The notes under the pieces were generated by a model that made no database searches, was not told the origin of the DNA, and saw only the letters and a program-made list of their open reading frames with translations. A DNA stretch of 64,000 nt. It comes from an uncultured delta proteobacterium (lineage in GTDB: Bacteria > Myxococcota > Myxococcia > Myxococcales > Myxococcaceae). Both the position numbers and the translations under genes were made by a program. Positions within the stretch are counted from its first letter, which is position 1. Every line of letters begins with the position of its first letter. Below are positions 40,435-50,702 of the stretch, in pieces. The DNA is taken from contig CAVYSY010000033.1 of assembly GCA_963771175.1 (NCBI GenBank), positions 448,001-512,000 of the forward strand. Reading direction: 5' to 3'.

Positions 40435-41382
40435 GTGAAGCGACTGTTCGTCACGGGTGGCACGGGGTTCATCGGAAGCGCGTTCGTCCCGCTGGCGAAG
40501 GAGGCCGGCCATCAGGTGCACCTGCTCACCCGGAGCGAGCGGTCCGCCGAGCGGTGGGCACGCGCGGGAGTCACTCCGGTGCTGGGGGATCTGCTCACTC
40601 CGGGGCCCTGGCAGGAGGAGGCGGCGGCGAGCGAGTGGGTGGTGCACCTCGCGCAGCCGCTCACCTTCGGAGGCCGGGTGACGCGCAAGCGGGCCGAGGT
40701 CTACCGCGAGCAGCGGCTGTACATGGACAGGCTGCTGCTGGAGTCGCTGAAGCCAGGGGTGGCGCGGAGGGTGCTCTACGTCGGTGGCACCAGCTACTAC
40801 GGCAACCAGGGTCCCCGGCTGGTGACGGAGGACAGCCCGCCGAGGCCCTCGGGCTGGGGGCCGTACATCGCGCCCGCCATCGAGCTGCTGCCGGGCTACG
40901 TGGCGCGCGGGCTGCCACTGGTGGAGGCCTACCCCGGCTCGGTGTACGGGCTGGGTTCCTGGTTCGAGGAGTACATGCTGAAGCCGCTCGAGGAGGGCAA
41001 GCGGCTCGTCGGCCTGAAGGAGACGCTGAACCGGTGCATGTCACCCATCCACGTGGAGGACTGCGCGCGGGCCCTCCTGCACCTGCTGGAGCACGGCGAA
41101 GTGGGCCAACGCTACTTCGTGGTGGATGACGAGCCGGTGCCCTTCGCGGAGCTGAGCCGGGTGGCCGCCGCGGCCCTGGGGGTGAGCTTCCGCCGGGTCC
41201 TCCTCCCCCGGTGGGTGAGCAACCTGGCGATGGGACCGGTGGTGACGGACTCGCTGACGGCGGAGGCGCGGCTGTCCAACGCGCGCCTGCACGGCACGGG
41301 CTTCCAGCTCCGCTACCCCACCATCCGCGAGGGCGTCCCCGCGCTGGTGAAGCAGTGGTTGGAGAAGCAGGGCCGGAGCTGA
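40435..41382 (+). CDS. NAD-dependent epimerase/dehydratase
   Basis: VTGGTGFIG, IHVEDCA. Confidence 0.88.
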   Translation: MKRLFVTGGTGFIGSAFVPLAKEAGHQVHLLTRSERSAERWARAGVTPVLGDLLTPGPWQEEAAASEWVVHLAQPLTFGGRVTRKRAEVYREQRLYMDRLLLESLKPGVARRVLYVGGTSYYGNQGPRLVTEDSPPRPSGWGPYIAPAIELLPGYVARGLPLVEAYPGSVYGLGSWFEEYMLKPLEEGKRLVGLKETLNRCMSPIHVEDCARALLHLLEHGEVGQRYFVVDDEPVPFAELSRVAAAALGVSFRRVLLPRWVSNLAMGPVVTDSLTAEARLSNARLHGTGFQLRYPTIREGVPALVKQWLEKQGRS

Positions 41383-41392
41383 GCGCTCCCCG

Positions 41393-42475
41393 TCAGACGC
41401 GCAGGTCGCCTTCGAGCGCCACCCGACCGGACAGCAGCTTGGAGATGTGCAGGAGCCGCTCCGTGCCCAGGCGCATGAGCGCCGCGCGCACCCGCGGCTG
41501 GCTGGCGAGGTACTGGTCGAAGGCGTCGCGCCCCAGTCGCAGCAGGTGGCACGGCGTCTCCGCGCGCACCGTGGCGCTCGCCGGCTGTCCGAGCAGCAGG
41601 GAAATCTCCCCGAAGACATCTCCCTCGCGCAGCGAGGAGAAGGCGGTCTGCCGTCCATCGGGGTGGCGCAACACCGGGGTGCACTGGCCCTGCAGCAGCA
41701 GGTAGAGGCCATCGCCCTTCTGGCCCTGCTCGATGATGACGTGCCTGGCGTCCACCATCCGCAGCTCGAAGCTACGGGCCAGCGCCTGCCGCTGCTCGGG
41801 AGCCAGCGTGGTGAAGACCGGGTTGCTGCGCATCACGTTGGCCAGCAGCCGCTCCCGGTAGAAGGTCCGCACCGTCTCGCCGACCGCGGGGTACTTCAGG
41901 GCGATGCGCTCCAACCGCGTCCGGATGAGCTCGAGCGCCACGGTGCGCCGGGTGGCCACCACGGTCGCCATCCGCGGGCTCTCGGAGACGAGGGCAATCT
42001 CCCCGATGAACTCGCCCTCCCCCAGCGAGGCCAGCGTGCGCCGCTCCCCGCCCTCGAGCTGGCGCACCACGTCCACCTGCCCCTCCGCGAGGGCGAACAT
42101 GGAGCGGCCCGGCTCGCCCTCGGTGATGAGGTTCTGCCCGGCCTTGAAGGTCCGCAGCTCCAGGGCACCCAGCAGGGCCATGAAGGGCTCGCGGCCGAGC
42201 TGCGAGAAGAGGGGCACCCGGGGCAGCGCCCCGGCACTGGCGATGGGAGCGCCCTTGCCCGGAGCGTCGGGCCGCGCGTAGAGGTCCGCCAGGAGCTGGG
42301 GGGTGCGCACATGGGCCGGCTCGAGCTGGAGGAGCACCCGGCACAGCGCGATGGCACGCAGCGGCTGTCCCTGCCGGGCCCAATCGGAGGCCACGGTCTC
42401 ACCAGCGGCGAGGGCCTCGGGAGTGCGGCCGAGCGAGAGGAGCCGCTCGACCTCCAGCTGGAGTGGGTCGGACAT
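41393..42475 (-). CDS. Tandem cyclic-nucleotide-binding domain protein with N-terminal TPR-like helices
   Basis: GEIAL..PRMATV and FGEISL..ASATV. Confidence 0.85.
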   Translation of the reverse strand: MSDPLQLEVERLLSLGRTPEALAAGETVASDWARQGQPLRAIALCRVLLQLEPAHVRTPQLLADLYARPDAPGKGAPIASAGALPRVPLFSQLGREPFMALLGALELRTFKAGQNLITEGEPGRSMFALAEGQVDVVRQLEGGERRTLASLGEGEFIGEIALVSESPRMATVVATRRTVALELIRTRLERIALKYPAVGETVRTFYRERLLANVMRSNPVFTTLAPEQRQALARSFELRMVDARHVIIEQGQKGDGLYLLLQGQCTPVLRHPDGRQTAFSSLREGDVFGEISLLLGQPASATVRAETPCHLLRLGRDAFDQYLASQPRVRAALMRLGTERLLHISKLLSGRVALEGDLRV

Positions 42476-42689
42476 GTCCCCCCTGTATGCCACAGCCCCC
42501 CCGGTCCGCGCAGCCGCGAGGTGAGCTCGCCTGCCTGGGATGTACGCGGATGCAGGGTCGCCGTCACACACCGAACACCTGCGGCGAGCATGGGGGGAGG
42601 CCCTCGCCCCACCTGGGCCCGGCGCTTCCCGGGCTTATACCCGAGGCCCACCTTCTCGGGGCGAAGCCTGCCGGCAGGAGAGCCAGGTC

Positions 42690-44694
42690 ATGAAACATCC
42701 CGCGTCACCGAGAGTCGTCACCTTCGTAGGACCCCAGGGCGTGGGCAAGACGACCCTGTTCGAGTCCCTGCTGCGTTCCACGGGAGCGGAAGGACTCCGC
42801 GCCACGAGCGGCCCCGGCGCCACCGTGGAACGGAGCATGACGCTCGAGCTGTCCGTGGCCCACACCGAGTTCCTGGGCGAACAGTGGACCTTCATCGACA
42901 CGCCGGGGGCACCGGAGTTCTCCCAGGAGGCGCGCCACGCGCTGATGGTGAGCGACGCGGCCGTGGTGGTGTGTGACGCCTCGCCCGAGCGCGCGGCCGC
43001 CCTCGCTCCCCTCTTCGCCTTCCTGGATGCGCGCCACATCCCCCACCTGCTCTTCCTCAACGTGCTCGAGAACGAAGGCACGTCGGTGCGCGAGGTGCTG
43101 GACGACGCTCCAGGCCGTCTCCTCGCGGCCCCTGGTGCTGCGAGAGATTCCCCTGCGCGAGGGCGGGCAGCTCGTGGGCGTGGTGGACCTGGTGAGCGAG
43201 CGCGCCTGGGGCGAGGGGAAGGATGGGAAGCCCGCGCTCATGTCGCTGCCGGATGCGGACCGCCCGCGCGAGGAGAGCTCGCGGCGCCAGCTCCTCGAGC
43301 GGCTGGCGGACCTGGATGACAAGCTGCTCGAGCAGCTCCTCGAGGACGTGGTGCCTCCGCCGGACGCGCTCTACGGGCAGTTCGAGAAGGCCCTGCGCGA
43401 GGACCGGCTGGTGCCCGTCTTCCTCGGCTCGGCGGAACGGGGACTCGGCCTGGAGCGGCTGCTCAAGGGCCTGAGACACGAGGTGCCCACGGCGGAGGAG
43501 ACGCGCGAGCGCCTGGGACTCCACGGGGACGGAGCTCCCCTGGTGCAGTCCTTCAAGACGCAGCACCTGCCCCACGTGGGCAAGCTGTCCATGGTGCGCG
43601 TCTGGCGCGGGCAGGTGGAGGACGGCGGCACGATGGCCGGCTCGCGGGTGAGCGGCGTGCAGCGGGTGCATGGGAGCAAGCAGACGTCCGTCGGCGCGGG
43701 CCGCGCGGGTGAGGTGGTGTCCATCGGGCGGGTGGATGCGATGCGCACGGGCGACTTCGCCGACCCCGAGGGCGTGCGCCACCCCGAGGACTGGCCCCTG
43801 GCGCCCCCTCCGGTGCACCAGCTCGCCATCGTCGCCGAGAAGCGCACGGACGACGTGAAGCTGACGGGCGCGCTGGCCCGGCTGGTGGAGGAGGACCCCT
43901 CCCTCTCGGTGGACCAGGAGGCGGACTCGCAGATGCTGCTGCTGGGCGGCCAGGGCGAGATGCACCTGCGCGAGGCCGTCGAGCACCTGCGCACGCGCTT
44001 GCGTGTCCCGGTGGCGACGCGCCCACTGCCCATCCCCTACCGGGAGACAATCCGCAAGCAGAGCTCGCACCACGCGCGCTTCAAGCGGCAGTCCGGCGGG
44101 CACGGGCAGTTCGGTGACGTGGTGGTGGACGTGCAGCCGCTGCCGCGCGGCGAGGGCTTCCGCTTCACCTCGGCCGTGGTGGGCGGGGTCGTCCCCCGGC
44201 AGTACATCCCCGCGGTGGAGGAAGGCGTGAAGGATGGCCTGAAGCGCGGGCCGCTCGGCTTCCCCGTGGTGGACGTGGCCGTCACCCTCACCGGCGGCAC
44301 CTACCACTCGGTGGACAGCTCGGATCAGGCCTTCCGCACCACGGGGCGCCTGGCCATGGTGGAGATACTTCCCAAGCTGGAGCCGGTGCTGCTCGAGCCC
44401 ATCCTCCACGTGGACATCCACGTGCCGCGCGAGGCCACCTCGCGGGCGCAGCGGCTCGTCACCAGCCGCCGCGGACAGCTCCTCGGCTTCGAGGCCAACG
44501 CCGACATGCCCGGCTGGGACACCCTCACCGCCTACGTGCCCCAGGCGGAGATGCAGGGATTCATCGTGGAGTTGCGCTCGGCCACCTCCGGCCTGGGCAG
44601 CTTCGTGGCGCGGCATGACCACTACTCGGAGCTGGTGGGCAAGCAGGCCGATCGCGTGGTGAGCCACTACCAGGAAGAGGCCGGGCAGCGGTGA
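42690..44694 (+). CDS. Elongation factor G paralog (EF-G2-like); frameshift near 43105
   Basis: GPQGVGKTT, DTPG, EEDPS, QGEMHL, YRETI, KRQSGGHGQFG, YHSVDSS, LLEPI. Confidence 0.9.
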
Positions 44695-44712
44695 GCGGGG
44701 GGCCTCGCCCCG

Positions 44713-45579
44713 TCACGGCGGGGGCGGCGCGAGCGCGCGCAGCCCCTCGGCGATGGCGAGGGCGATGTTTCCCATCAGGTCCTGCCGCGCGTTGACGACA
44801 TAGAGGTGCGGGGTGAGCGCCCACACCTCGCGCACCACGCGCCGGGGAGTGGGAGGCGGCTGGGTGCTCAGCTCGGCCTGGAGCAGCGGCAGCACCTTGT
44901 CGGACAGGCGCAGCGCGGTATCCATGACGAAGAGGGCCAGGTGGGGACGCAGTGCGCGCACGCGCCGGAAGAAGGCGCCCACCTCGTCCGAGGCCAGGTG
45001 CTTGGGCGGCGAGGACTTCATCTCCAGGTAGAGCAGCCGTCCCTCGGCCGCGGCCACCACGTCCAGGTCTCCGCCCACCTCGGGCGCGTGGAACTTCACC
45101 CCCACGGCCACGTCGAAACCGAGCCGCCCGCGCAGCTCGCGCGCCACGTACCACTCCAGCGTGCCGCCGAAGTTGTGCGCCCGATAGCGCAGGCGGTAGC
45201 GCCCGCCGGCCTCTCGCTCCGCGAGCCCGAGCGCCACCAGTTCCTCGGCGACCTGGGCGGCCTGCTCGGTCTTGAGGTAGCGCGTGGCCTCGGTGGGAGA
45301 GAAGCTGCCGCCCCGGAGGATGGCGCCCCGGAGGAAGAGGCGGAAGGAGTAGTGGCCGAGTCGCTCCGCGAGCCGCTCGGCGGCCTCGCCCTCGAGGTCC
45401 ACGGGAAAGGGCAGGTCCAACGGGGCCACGGTGGGCTGGAAGCCCCGGCGCACCAGCATGGCCAGGGCCTCGCCGCCGGGCGGCAGCAACAGCCTGGGCG
45501 AAGGGAGTGCCCCCACGGCCCGCAGCTCCAGGTCACGAGCCGAGGAACGGTCACCAGGAGGGGGCGGCGGCTGCGTCAT
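44713..45579 (-). CDS. Winged-helix plus PD-(D/E)XK nuclease-like protein
   Basis: GGTLEWYV..GDLDVV..LYLEMKS pattern. Confidence 0.6.
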   Translation of the reverse strand: MTQPPPPPGDRSSARDLELRAVGALPSPRLLLPPGGEALAMLVRRGFQPTVAPLDLPFPVDLEGEAAERLAERLGHYSFRLFLRGAILRGGSFSPTEATRYLKTEQAAQVAEELVALGLAEREAGGRYRLRYRAHNFGGTLEWYVARELRGRLGFDVAVGVKFHAPEVGGDLDVVAAAEGRLLYLEMKSSPPKHLASDEVGAFFRRVRALRPHLALFVMDTALRLSDKVLPLLQAELSTQPPPTPRRVVREVWALTPHLYVVNARQDLMGNIALAIAEGLRALAPPPP

Positions 45580-45622
45580 GCCCACATCCTGGCCGACGCG
45601 GGCGGCCCCGCTCAATGCCGCG

Positions 45623-46264
<642 letters not shown>

Positions 46265-46454
46265 GCGAGCGCCAAATTACCATCAAATGAGAACCGTGTG
46301 CCTGTCCCCGGCGAGCCGCGGTGCGTCAACTCGGGCCCGCCTGGCACCTCCGCGACCAGGCTGCGCGTTCCAGCGCCAGGCGAACCAGCCGGGCACCACG
46401 TACGGGTAGAAGTGAGGTGTAGATCGTTTTCCAAGGGCGTTCGTTGAAGCCCCC

Positions 46455-47633
46455 ATGCTCAAGTCCTCGATCCTCTGCCTCGGCCTGTTGACGCTGCCCG
46501 GACTCGCCTCCGCGGAGAGCCAGCGCACCACCAAACCCGCCACCCAGACCCAGCCCCCCGTGTCCCCCGGGACGCTCGAGGCGGCCATCTCCGCCCCCCG
46601 GGTGCAGATCGCCATCCTGCTGGACACCAGCAGCAGCATGGACGGGCTCATCGAGCAGACCAAGCGCCAGCTCTGGACGGTGGTGAATGCCTTCCAGAAC
46701 GCCCGGCGCGATGGCCAGTCCGCCCAGTTGGAGATCGCCCTCTACGAGTACGGCAACGACACGCTCTCGCGCGAGGGCGGCTTCATCCGCCAGGTGGTGC
46801 CGCTCACCACGGACCTGGACCGGGTGTCCGAGCAGCTCTTCGCCCTGAAGACCAACGGCGGCAACGAGTACTGCGGCCAGGTCATCCAGAAGGCGACCCA
46901 GCAGCTCGAGTGGAGCAAGTCGAAGAAGGACCTGAAGCTCATCTACATCGCGGGCAACGAGCCCTTCTCGCAGGGGCCGGTGTCGCACCAGACGGCCATC
47001 GCGGCGGCGAAGGAGCACGGCATCGTGGTGAACACCATCCACTGTGGCCCGGCGGAAATCGGGGCGCGCAGTGGCTGGGCCGAGGGGGCAAAGTTGGCGG
47101 GCGGACAGCCCTTCAACATCGACCAGAACCGGGCGGTGGCGATGATCGCCGCGCCCCAGGACGAGGAGATCTCGAAGCTGGGCGTGGAGCTGAACAAGAC
47201 CTACCTGGGCTACGGGAGGGGCGGCGCGGAGGCGAAGAAGCGGCAGGCGGCTCAGGACGACAACGCCAGCTCGAACGCGGTCAGCGCCACCACGCGCGCG
47301 GTGTCCAAGGCCTCGCGTCTCTATGACAACTCGAGCTGGGACCTGGTGGACGGGACGAAGAAGGGCGCGGTGAAGCTGGAGGCCCTCAAGGACGAGGAAC
47401 TCCCCGAGGAGCTGCGCGGCAAGAGCGCCGACGAGCGCAAGGCCGTCGTGGAGGCCAAGGAGAAGGAGCGCTCGGCGCTCCAGGCCCGCATCCAGCAGCT
47501 CAACCAGGAGCGGCAGAAGTACCTCGCGGAGAAGCAGAAGGAGCAGGCCTCCGAGGGCAACGACACGCTCGACAAGGCCATCCTCCAGTCGGTGCAGACC
47601 CAGGCCAAGGCCCAGAGCTTCACCCTGGAGTAG
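46455..47633 (+). CDS. Secreted vWA domain protein
   Basis: Signal peptide, DTSSSM MIDAS, GGNEYCG, IAGNE; coiled-coil tail. Confidence 0.85.
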   Translation: MLKSSILCLGLLTLPGLASAESQRTTKPATQTQPPVSPGTLEAAISAPRVQIAILLDTSSSMDGLIEQTKRQLWTVVNAFQNARRDGQSAQLEIALYEYGNDTLSREGGFIRQVVPLTTDLDRVSEQLFALKTNGGNEYCGQVIQKATQQLEWSKSKKDLKLIYIAGNEPFSQGPVSHQTAIAAAKEHGIVVNTIHCGPAEIGARSGWAEGAKLAGGQPFNIDQNRAVAMIAAPQDEEISKLGVELNKTYLGYGRGGAEAKKRQAAQDDNASSNAVSATTRAVSKASRLYDNSSWDLVDGTKKGAVKLEALKDEELPEELRGKSADERKAVVEAKEKERSALQARIQQLNQERQKYLAEKQKEQASEGNDTLDKAILQSVQTQAKAQSFTLE

Positions 47634-47754
47634 GGGCGGGCATGGGGGCTGGCTCGGCCGCCCCCCTCTCAGGCGAAATGACGCATGGCGTCGGATGCGG
47701 GGGGTGTGCCAAGCTGCGCGCCCCCCCGCTTCGCACAACCCACGAGGAAGCGTC

Positions 47755-48750
47755 TTGAGTCAGACACGCCTGGAGTTTGCCCGCAGCACGGAGAAGGAAC
47801 CCCATCTCGAGCGAGCCCGCGCCATCCTGCGTGCCCACCCCGAGATCAAGGAACTGTGCGGTCCGACGCCCATCACCGCCGTCTTCGTGGTGCTGCTGGT
47901 GGCGTCGCAGGTGGCCATCGCCTGGGCCCTGCGGGATTCACCCTGGTGGGCGCTGCTGGCCACCGCGTGGCTGGTGGGAGCCTTCATCGACCACGGCCTG
48001 TGGGTGCTGATCCACGAGTGCACCCACAACCTGGTCTTCCGCAGCCCGCGCCTCAACGCCGCCCTGCAGCTCTTCACCAACCTGCCCATCCTGTTCCCCG
48101 CGGCCGCCTCGTTCCGCAAGTACCACCTCATCCACCACCGCTTCCAAGGCGACCCCGAGCTGGATGCGGATCTGGCCACCCCCTTCGAGGCTCGGCTGAT
48201 CGGCAACTCGTTCTGGGGCAAGGCGTTCTGGCAGCTCAACTTCTGGGCCTTCCAGGCGATGCGGGTGCCTCGGCTCAGGCGGGTGCCGTTCTTCGATCGC
48301 TGGTACCTGGCCAACATGAGCATCCAGCTCGCATTCATCGCGGGCAGCTATGCCCTGCTCGGGCCTCGCGCGCTGGGCTACATGTTCCTGGCGTCCATCT
48401 TCGCCATCGGCCTGCATCCGCTGGGCGCGCGGTGGATTCAAGAGCACTTCCTCGTCAAGCCGCCCCAGGAGACGTACTCGTACTACGGGCCCCTCAACTG
48501 GGTGGCCTTCAACGTCGGCTACCACAACGAGCACCACGACGTGATGCGCGTGCCCTGGACGCGCCTGCCCAAGGTGCGCCAGCTCGCCCCCGAGTTCTAC
48601 GACTCGCTGCACGCCCACCACTCGTGGACGGCGCTGTGGCTGAAGTTCCTCTTCGATCCGTCCCTGTCGCTCTACAGCCGCATGACGCGCACGGGCGGCT
48701 CGGGGGATGAAACGGTGCAGGCCGAGGAGAGCGAGCAGAAGGCCGCCTGA
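47755..48750 (+). CDS. Membrane desaturase, sphingolipid delta-4 desaturase (DEGS/DES1)-like
   Basis: His boxes HECTH, HLIHH, HNEHH; EPH..ILRAHPEIK and ETYSYYGPLN..FNVGYHNEHHD; TTG start after GAGGA. Confidence 0.85.
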   Translation: MSQTRLEFARSTEKEPHLERARAILRAHPEIKELCGPTPITAVFVVLLVASQVAIAWALRDSPWWALLATAWLVGAFIDHGLWVLIHECTHNLVFRSPRLNAALQLFTNLPILFPAAASFRKYHLIHHRFQGDPELDADLATPFEARLIGNSFWGKAFWQLNFWAFQAMRVPRLRRVPFFDRWYLANMSIQLAFIAGSYALLGPRALGYMFLASIFAIGLHPLGARWIQEHFLVKPPQETYSYYGPLNWVAFNVGYHNEHHDVMRVPWTRLPKVRQLAPEFYDSLHAHHSWTALWLKFLFDPSLSLYSRMTRTGGSGDETVQAEESEQKAA

Positions 48751-48751
48751 C

Positions 48752-49690
48752 ATGAACGAGCGTCGGGAACTGCGCGACAAGCTGGAGCAGGTCCAGTCGG
48801 AGCTCCGCCGGGTGCGGGAGCACATGGACAAGCTGCGGGCGCACCACGCGAAGGAGCGCGAGGGCCTCGAGCGGCAGTTGGAGCAGGCCCGGCGCGAGCT
48901 GGCCGAGCTGCGCGCCAGCGTCGCGAAGTCCGAGGCACTCGCGGCCATACCGACGTGGGAGCCCTCCATCGTCGGCACCGTGCTCGTGGCCCTCGCCCGG
49001 GTCCCAGCGCCCCGGGACGAGCAGGTGTTGATGGAGCTCGCGAGGGTGACTCGGATGTCACCCACGGACCTCCGTCTGCGGCTGGCGGCGCCGCCTCCAA
49101 TCCCCCTCCAGCGGCTGCCCCCCATCGACGCGGAGACGCTCGTCCGGGAGCTGCGGCGGGCGGGCTTCGCGGCGGTGAGCTACGAGCCCCCACCCCGCGC
49201 GACCGCCCATCCCCTACCGATCCGCGCCTTCCGTTTCGAGGAGACGGCGCTGCACCTGGAGAGCGAGCGCGGCGAGCACCTGACGGTGCCCTGGCGAGAG
49301 CTTCGCCTGCTGGTGCGCGGCCGGAGGAACACCACCACGGTGGAGACCCAGAAGGCGTCGTTCGTCGCCGAAAACGGGGAGCTTGTCCAGACGCCCCTCG
49401 CCGATGTGAAGGATGAGGACACCCACCACTTCCTGTGGGCGTACGGCGAAGGTCTCCGGGTCGCCTTCACGATCTCCACCGACTTCAGTGGCCTCGGAGC
49501 GCGACGGGCGCTGGCCAGGCTCACCAGTTTCCAGCCGCTGGCGGAGGAGCTGCGCCGGCGAGCGCCCCAGGTGGTCTATGACGACAGGCTCATGCGATTT
49601 CCGCGCATCTCGCTCCCCCTCGTGGACATGGAGCGGAGCCACGTGACGTTCGCCGATCTGCTGTGGCAGGCGGTGCGAGCGGGCCTGTAG
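48752..49690 (+). CDS. Hypothetical protein with N-terminal coiled coil
   Basis: ATG 1 bp after the desaturase stop; heptad-rich N-terminus. Confidence 0.65.
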   Translation: MNERRELRDKLEQVQSELRRVREHMDKLRAHHAKEREGLERQLEQARRELAELRASVAKSEALAAIPTWEPSIVGTVLVALARVPAPRDEQVLMELARVTRMSPTDLRLRLAAPPPIPLQRLPPIDAETLVRELRRAGFAAVSYEPPPRATAHPLPIRAFRFEETALHLESERGEHLTVPWRELRLLVRGRRNTTTVETQKASFVAENGELVQTPLADVKDEDTHHFLWAYGEGLRVAFTISTDFSGLGARRALARLTSFQPLAEELRRRAPQVVYDDRLMRFPRISLPLVDMERSHVTFADLLWQAVRAGL

Positions 49691-49708
49691 GAACCGCGGC
49701 TCCCTCGC

Positions 49709-50380
49709 TCAACCGCCCGCGGCGAGGGGGGACTCGGCGTAGCGGGTGAGGAGATCCTCGGGTGTGCCGAAGACGGCGATCGCCCCCGCGTCCATCAACT
49801 GCTCTTCCGAGAAACCGCCACACACGAGCCCGACGCACCGCATCCCCAGGCGCACGGCCCCTTCGACATCATAGGGGCTGCCCGCGACCGCCAGCGTCCC
49901 ATCGGTCCTATCGAGCCCCAGCAGCCGGATGGCCTCCGCGGGAATCTCCTCGTTCAACCGGGTGCGGTTCACCTCGGCATCCGTAGTGCTCGCGTCGATG
50001 AGCTCCTCCACTCCGAGCAGCTCGATGTAGTGCTCCAGCTCATCGGGGTCCGCGGTGGAAGCCAGGGCGATCCGCCAGCCATCGTCCCGCAGACGCCGGA
50101 GCAGCTCGGACCCTCCGGGGAAGGCCCTCACCCGGGGAAGGTACCGCTCGTGGAAGAGCGCGCGGTGGAAGCTCGCCAGCTCATCGGCATGGCGGTCGTG
50201 GTCCTCCTCCGGGAGGAATACGGAGACGAGCTGGTCACCATTGAGCGCCATCTGCGCGAGCACCCTCGGGAGGCGCACCTGGCGCCCATACCGCGCCAGT
50301 GCCTCTTGCCAGGCACGCGCACGCAGCACGTTGGCGTCCACCAGTGTCCCATCCACTTCGAAGATGATTGCCTTCGGCAC
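49709..50380 (-). CDS. HAD-family hydrolase-like protein (degenerate motifs)
   Basis: FEVDGTLVD (first Asp replaced by Glu), LAST, AGSPYD. Confidence 0.8.
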   Translation of the reverse strand: MPKAIIFEVDGTLVDANVLRARAWQEALARYGRQVRLPRVLAQMALNGDQLVSVFLPEEDHDRHADELASFHRALFHERYLPRVRAFPGGSELLRRLRDDGWRIALASTADPDELEHYIELLGVEELIDASTTDAEVNRTRLNEEIPAEAIRLLGLDRTDGTLAVAGSPYDVEGAVRLGMRCVGLVCGGFSEEQLMDAGAIAVFGTPEDLLTRYAESPLAAGG

Positions 50381-50702
50381 GCACGCTCTCCGGTTTGCAA
50401 AGTGCGCACGCCCAACATCGGTCGCCAGACATTAAAGTCCTGCCCCCTAGGTGCTGGAGGGGTCCATGGCCCCTCCCACCTACCGGATGAGGCTCGCGCC
50501 CGGCCCGCCCACTCCTGGGCAGGCGAGTAGCAGAGGGCTACCCGCCAGGGCCACACGCCCGTGGCCTCCGGGCCGCACCTCCGCGTCCGCCCGGACGCAC
50601 TCTAGGTGAAGCCGCTGCACCCCTGGGGTGGCCTGGGGATTGCTGCTATGAGGGGGCCTCTGCCGCGCCCTCCCTCGCGCGGCGCCTCTACCCGAGGCCC
50701 TC

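Noticed and set aside
46280..46297. Sigma54 promoter for the pilin
   Set aside because: Minus strand AGGCACA-CGGT-TCTC lacks the invariant -12 GC and lies very close to the start.
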